This document shows, in pieces, positions 36,484 through 40,188 of a stretch of DNA of 40,188 nt (position 1 is the first letter of the stretch; each line of letters starts with the position of its first letter). Position numbers and translations under genes: made by a program. The notes under the pieces are model-generated. The model searched no databases. It was not told the DNA's origin and saw only the letters and a program-made list of their open reading frames with translations. The DNA comes from Candidatus Limivicinus sp. (GTDB lineage: Bacteria; Bacillota; Clostridia; Oscillospirales; Oscillospiraceae): positions 1 to 40,188 of the forward strand of contig JBGUNL010000070.1 of assembly GCA_045117295.1 (NCBI GenBank), given 5' to 3'.

Positions 36484-37692
36484 ATGAAGACGCTGAAACT
36501 GACAGAAGATATGACACAGGCGGCCCGGCTGATCGAAGGGGGCGGCCTGGTGGCCGTCCCCACAGAGACGGTTTACGGTCTCGCGGGCAACGGCCTTGAC
36601 GCCGACGCGGTTCAGAGAATCTATGATGTCAAGGGCAGACCCGCCGTCAAGCCTCTCTCCCTGATGGTGCCGGATGAGAACGCCATGGAACGCTACTGCC
36701 ACGACGTTCCGCCCCAGGCGCGCGCCCTGGCTCACCGCTTCTGGCCCGGCCCGCTCACCATCGTTCTCCCTGCAAAGGAGAGCATCCCGCCGATCGTCCT
36801 GGCGGGCGGGAAGACGGTCGGGCTGCGCTGCCCGGACCACCCCCTGACGCTTGAACTGCTCCGGGCGTGCAATCTTCCGCTGGCCGCCCCCTCCGCCAAT
36901 CCCTCCGGAGAGGCGAGTCCCAAAACGGCCGATCAGGTGCTTTCTTATTTTGACGGGAAGATCGAGGCTGTGATCGACGGCGGCCCCTGCGGCATCGGAA
37001 AGGAATCGACGCTGATCGATATGAGTATGGCGCCCTATCAGATCCTGCGTCAGGGGGCCCTTCCTGCCGAAGACATTGCCGACGTGCTTGCGGAGAACAT
37101 GCAGGTGGTGGGGATCACCGGCGGCAGCGGCGGCGGCAAGACCACGGCGCTTCGCGTACTGGAAGAGCAGGGGGCCCTGATCCTGGACTGCGACGCGATC
37201 TACCACGACCTTCTGCAGACCAGCGACGAGCTGCTTTCGGAGCTCTCCGAGGCATTTCCCGAGACAGTGGAAAACGGGACGCTGAACCGGCGCAAGCTCG
37301 CTTCCCGGGTTTTTTCCGACGAGGCGGCGCTGCGGCTTCTGAACCGGATCACGCACCGCCATGTCTCCCTTGCGGTGGAGGAGCTTCTGCGCAGGCACGC
37401 CATGCGAGGCGGGACCCTGGCCGCTATTGACGCGGTAGAGCTGGTGTCCAGCGGCCTGGCGGCGCGCTGCACCACGACCCTGGCCGTGCTGGCCGATGAG
37501 GAAAAGCGGGCGGAGCGGATCATGACCCGGGACCATATCGACCGGGAGGCGGCCATGGCCCGCATCCGGGCGCAGCGCACAGACGCATATTACGCGGATA
37601 ACTGCGCACATACCCTGTGGAATAACGCTGACCAGCAACAGTTTGAACAGGACTGCAGGCAGCTTTTTAAGGAGATACTGAAGCATGGATGA
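36484..37692 (+). CDS. fusion protein: L-threonylcarbamoyladenylate synthase (TsaC/YrdC domain) + dephospho-CoA kinase (CoaE)
   Basis: 402 aa. Residues 1-205 carry YrdC-domain motifs (VPTETVYGLA, KGRPxxKPL, WPGPLT, APSANPSG). Residues 206-402 carry CoaE motifs (MQVVGITGGSGGGKTT P-loop, DCDAIYH, NRRKLASRVFSD, ITHRHV, AIDAVELV). The ATG sits directly after the prfA stop. Confidence 0.85.
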   Translation: MKTLKLTEDMTQAARLIEGGGLVAVPTETVYGLAGNGLDADAVQRIYDVKGRPAVKPLSLMVPDENAMERYCHDVPPQARALAHRFWPGPLTIVLPAKESIPPIVLAGGKTVGLRCPDHPLTLELLRACNLPLAAPSANPSGEASPKTADQVLSYFDGKIEAVIDGGPCGIGKESTLIDMSMAPYQILRQGALPAEDIADVLAENMQVVGITGGSGGGKTTALRVLEEQGALILDCDAIYHDLLQTSDELLSELSEAFPETVENGTLNRRKLASRVFSDEAALRLLNRITHRHVSLAVEELLRRHAMRGGTLAAIDAVELVSSGLAARCTTTLAVLADEEKRAERIMTRDHIDREAAMARIRAQRTDAYYADNCAHTLWNNADQQQFEQDCRQLFKEILKHG

Positions 37693-39067
37693 TCTGAGAA
37701 AGAATCTTTTCTATGAACAGAAAAACGGCTATGACCGCATTGACGCCCAGGAGCATGTGGCGGTGGAGGATTACTGCCGCGGCTACATGGACTTTTTGAA
37801 CCGCTCCCGCACGGAGCGCGAGTGCGTGGTCAACGCCATCGCGCTTGCCCGGGAGCAGGGCTTTGTGGAATTCTACCCCGGCATGGAGCTGCACCCGGGG
37901 ATGAAGGTATACCGCTGCAACCGTGGCAAGGCCCTGATGCTGGCAGTCATCGGCAAGAACAGTCTGGAGGACGGCGCCGTCATCGCCGGAGCCCATGTGG
38001 ATTCCCCCCGCCTGGACCTCAAGCAGAATCCGCTCTATGAGAGCGAGGAGCTCTGCTTCTTCCGCACCCACTACTACGGCGGCATCAAGAAATACCAGTG
38101 GGTGACCATTCCCCTGGAGCTGCACGGCGTGGTCGTTCTGCAGAGCGGTGAGCGTGTGGACGTGGTCATCGGCCGCGAGCCAGGGGATCCGCGTTTTGTG
38201 ATCACGGATCTGCTGCCCCACCTTGCCCAGGACCAGATGAAAAAGACCATGGCGGAGGGCATCACCGGCGAAGGGCTGAATCTCATCATCGGCTCCGTCC
38301 CCTATGCCGACGAAGGCAAGGACCGGGTAAAGCTCGCCGTTTTGAGCATCCTGAACGACATGTACGACATCCAGGAGGAGGACTTCCTCTCAGCCGAACT
38401 GGTGGCGGTGCCCGCCTTTGACGTGACCGAGGTGGGACTTGACCGATCCCTTATCGGCGGTTACGGCCATGACGACCGGGTATGCGCCTATGCGGAGCTC
38501 AAGGCGATCCTGGACGTCAACAACCCTGTCCGCACCTGCGTCTGCATTCTGGCCGACAAGGAGGAGACGGGCTCCGATGGCGTCAGCGGCATGCAGAGCA
38601 GGGCCTTTGACACCTTTATGGAGGATCTGTGCCAGGCGCAGGGGGCTGCTCTCCGGCGCTGCTTTGAAAACAGTTTCTGCCTGTCCGCGGACGTGACGGC
38701 GGCCTTTGACCCGCTGTATCCCGAGGTCTCCGAAAAGAGCAACGTGGCTCGCCTGAACTACGGCATGGGCATCAATAAGTTCACCGGCGCCCGCGGCAAG
38801 TCCGGCACCAGCGACGCCTCAGCCGAGGTAGTGGCCTATCTGCGCAGACTCTTTGCCAGAAACCAGGTCGTGTGGCAGCTGTCTGAGATGGGTAAGGTGG
38901 ACCAGGGCGGCGGCGGCACCATTGCCAAGTTCATGGCCAACCGCAATATCGACACCATCGACGCAGGCGTCCCTGTCCTGAGCATGCACGCGCCCTTTGA
39001 ACTGGTTGCAAAGTTTGACTGCTACATGACCTACAAGGGGGTCCTTGCCGCCTATAACGACGATTGA
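37685..39067 (+). CDS. M18-family aminopeptidase (aspartyl aminopeptidase / aminopeptidase 1-like)
   Basis: 460 aa. Motifs AHVDSPRLDLK, GHDDRVC, DKEETGS and MHAP match metal-ligand regions of peptidase M18. It overlaps the upstream stop by 8 nt. Confidence 0.87.
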   Translation: MDDLRKNLFYEQKNGYDRIDAQEHVAVEDYCRGYMDFLNRSRTERECVVNAIALAREQGFVEFYPGMELHPGMKVYRCNRGKALMLAVIGKNSLEDGAVIAGAHVDSPRLDLKQNPLYESEELCFFRTHYYGGIKKYQWVTIPLELHGVVVLQSGERVDVVIGREPGDPRFVITDLLPHLAQDQMKKTMAEGITGEGLNLIIGSVPYADEGKDRVKLAVLSILNDMYDIQEEDFLSAELVAVPAFDVTEVGLDRSLIGGYGHDDRVCAYAELKAILDVNNPVRTCVCILADKEETGSDGVSGMQSRAFDTFMEDLCQAQGAALRRCFENSFCLSADVTAAFDPLYPEVSEKSNVARLNYGMGINKFTGARGKSGTSDASAEVVAYLRRLFARNQVVWQLSEMGKVDQGGGGTIAKFMANRNIDTIDAGVPVLSMHAPFELVAKFDCYMTYKGVLAAYNDD

Positions 39068-39082
39068 TGAGAAGATACACAG

Positions 39083-39119
39083 GCCCTGCCGACGCATGAA
39101 TCGGCGGGGTCTGTTTCTG
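39083..39119 (+). terminator. intrinsic terminator after the aminopeptidase gene
   Basis: 9-bp stem ccctgccga / tcggcgggg (one G-U pair), 8-nt loop, followed by TCTGTTTCTG. Confidence 0.55.
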
Positions 39120-39161
39120 CCCTCACGAGAAACGGAGTGTGCGGGAAGGGAAGGCTTGCAC

Positions 39162-39190
39162 TTGTTTTTGCTGCGCATTTCTGTTATAAT
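39162..39190 (+). promoter_or_regulatory. sigma-A-type promoter candidate for uppP
   Basis: TTGTTT (39162-39167), 17-nt spacer, TGT-TATAAT (extended -10, 39182-39190). Confidence 0.5.
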
Positions 39191-39222
39191 ACCTTTTATG
39201 ATTATCTTGGGGGTTTATGGCG

Positions 39223-40056
39223 ATGACCATTTGGAACGCCGTGCTTCTAGGCCTGGTGCAGGGGATTGCGGAGATTCTCCCGATTTCCGGCTCGGGTCAT
39301 CTGACGCTGGTGAACAATCTGTTTAAGCTGTCGGATGTGACGGAGGGTCACATGCTTTTTGTTGCGCTGCTTCGGCTGTCAACGCTGGTCGCCATCTGTG
39401 TGGTCTACTGGTCGGAGCTGCGCGCCATGTACTATGAGCTGCTGTCCCTGGCAAATCTCGGCCCCTATGCCGGGCAGGAGAGGGAGCGCTACACGGCGGC
39501 TCGGGTCTTCTTCATGCTGCTGATCGCAACGATCCCGCTGTTTCTGATCCTGCCCGTCAATGACCGGCTGCAGAAGCTGGGGAAGCGGAACGTTTTCATC
39601 GGCGTGATGCTGCTGCTCTCCGGCGCGGTGCTGTATACCGCGGATAAAATGACGCCGCGAAAAAAGAACGCCGGTTCCATGACGGTGCTGGACGCGCTGC
39701 TCATCGGCCTCTGCCAATGCGTGGCCGCCATCCCCGGGCTGAGCCGATCCGGCACCACCATCACCGCCGGCATTGCTACCGGCTTGAAGCGGGATTTCGC
39801 GGTACATTTCTCCCTGCTGCTCTGCCTGCCCTCCCTCTTCGGCGCCAGCATCCTCGCCTTCGGGGACGCGGTCTCCCAGGGGGTCGACTGGACCTGTGTT
39901 CCGGCCTATCTGGTCGGCACCGCGGTGGCCCTGGCCTCCGCCATCGGCGCGATCCATCTGCTGCGCTCCTTCGCCGCAAGAGGCCGCTTCGGCGGCTTTG
40001 CCTACTACTGCTGGGTGGTGGGCGTGATGACCATTATTCTCTATCTGATTTTCTGA
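39223..40056 (+). CDS. uppP: undecaprenyl-diphosphate phosphatase (BacA/UppP)
   Basis: Motifs GxxQGIAEILPISGSGHL and PGLSRSGxTI, with about 8 TM segments. I prefer ATG 39223 (9 nt after GGGGG). ATG 39217 is the track start. Confidence 0.92.
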   Translation: MTIWNAVLLGLVQGIAEILPISGSGHLTLVNNLFKLSDVTEGHMLFVALLRLSTLVAICVVYWSELRAMYYELLSLANLGPYAGQERERYTAARVFFMLLIATIPLFLILPVNDRLQKLGKRNVFIGVMLLLSGAVLYTADKMTPRKKNAGSMTVLDALLIGLCQCVAAIPGLSRSGTTITAGIATGLKRDFAVHFSLLLCLPSLFGASILAFGDAVSQGVDWTCVPAYLVGTAVALASAIGAIHLLRSFAARGRFGGFAYYCWVVGVMTIILYLIF

Positions 40057-40081
40057 TCCGTACGGAAAGGACATCCATTTC

Positions 40082-40188
40082 ATGGCTCAAAGCAAAAAAA
40101 CAAGCAAAAAACCGGCGGCAAAAACCGCCTCAAAAAGCAGCGCGCCCAAGCGCAAGACGGCGCCGAAACCGCAGGAGGTTAATCCGCC
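40082..40188 (+). CDS. 5' end of a window-truncated ORF with a Lys/Ala/Pro-rich N-terminus (function not assignable)
   Basis: From ATG 40082 (SD-like GGAAAGGA upstream) it reads MAQSKKTSKKPAAKTASKSSAPKRKTAPKPQEVNP with no stop to the window end. It is not in the ORF track because it is truncated. Basic tails of this kind occur on FtsK- or PBP-type membrane proteins, but that is speculation. Confidence 0.35.
   Translation, partial: MAQSKKTSKKPAAKTASKSSAPKRKTAPKPQEVNP

Noticed and set aside
34552-37686. A 1044-aa minus-strand ORF across livF, prfA and tsaC-coaE, and similar mirror ORFs (444-2009, 4258-5265, 6231-7286, 17425-19584, 21842-23662, 26665-27615, 27721-28917)
   Set aside because: The explanation is the same. 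It is in phase (mod 3 = 1) with livF (34582), prfA (35413) and tsaC-coaE (36484). The other mirror ORFs lie antisense to genes with strong family motifs. High GC3 codon bias removes antisense stops. None of them has an SD or recognisable domains.
1-40188. A search for mobile elements, CRISPR arrays, tRNA/rRNA genes, prophage or defence-island genes
   Set aside because: No transposase, integrase or recombinase motifs are present, and there are no direct-repeat/spacer arrays. No intergenic region is long enough (the longest is about 220 nt) or cloverleaf-like enough for tRNA or rRNA. Every sizeable ORF is accounted for by a housekeeping or envelope function.

Overview
The window looks like a high-GC Firmicutes/Clostridia chromosomal core segment. 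From gene content (ytfI/ytfJ, dacB, DUF1540, ispH-S1 fusion) I infer an Oscillospiraceae-like spore former. I support about 37 protein-coding genes, almost all housekeeping. In order they are: rplS; a 6.7-kb cell-envelope glycosylation island (fused GT4-GT4, a Wzy/O-antigen-ligase-like membrane protein, three paralogous GT2s); lepB-rbgA-rnhB-yraN; a small DUF1540 gene on the minus strand; a metallophosphoesterase; tig-clpP-clpX-lon-engB; an M50 protease; scpA-scpB-ytfI-ytfJ-dacB-rluB-flavoprotein-cmk-ispH/S1; an alpha/beta hydrolase and ackA on the minus strand; tmcAL; livJHMGF; prfA, a tsaC-coaE fusion and an M18 aminopeptidase; uppP; and a window-truncated ORF. I see no rRNA, tRNA, CRISPR array, IS element, integrase, toxin-antitoxin pair or recognisable defence genes. 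I do not find a convincing new multi-gene system. The observations most worth a second look are these: (1) a 170-nt array of six consecutive, partly mutually exclusive stem-loops between lepB and rbgA; (2) the glycosyltransferase island that splits the normally contiguous rplS/lepB-rbgA-rnhB block and contains a two-headed GT4-GT4 enzyme; (3) a single ORF fusing TsaC (YrdC domain) to dephospho-CoA kinase, with prmC absent after prfA; (4) an M50 protease whose conserved N-terminus can only be translated from a non-canonical ATC/ATT start behind a near-perfect SD; (5) a 13-bp inverted repeat bracketing the dacB ribosome-binding site. The many very long antisense ORFs in the track are codon-bias shadow ORFs. 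All similarity statements come from motif recognition by eye, not from database searches.
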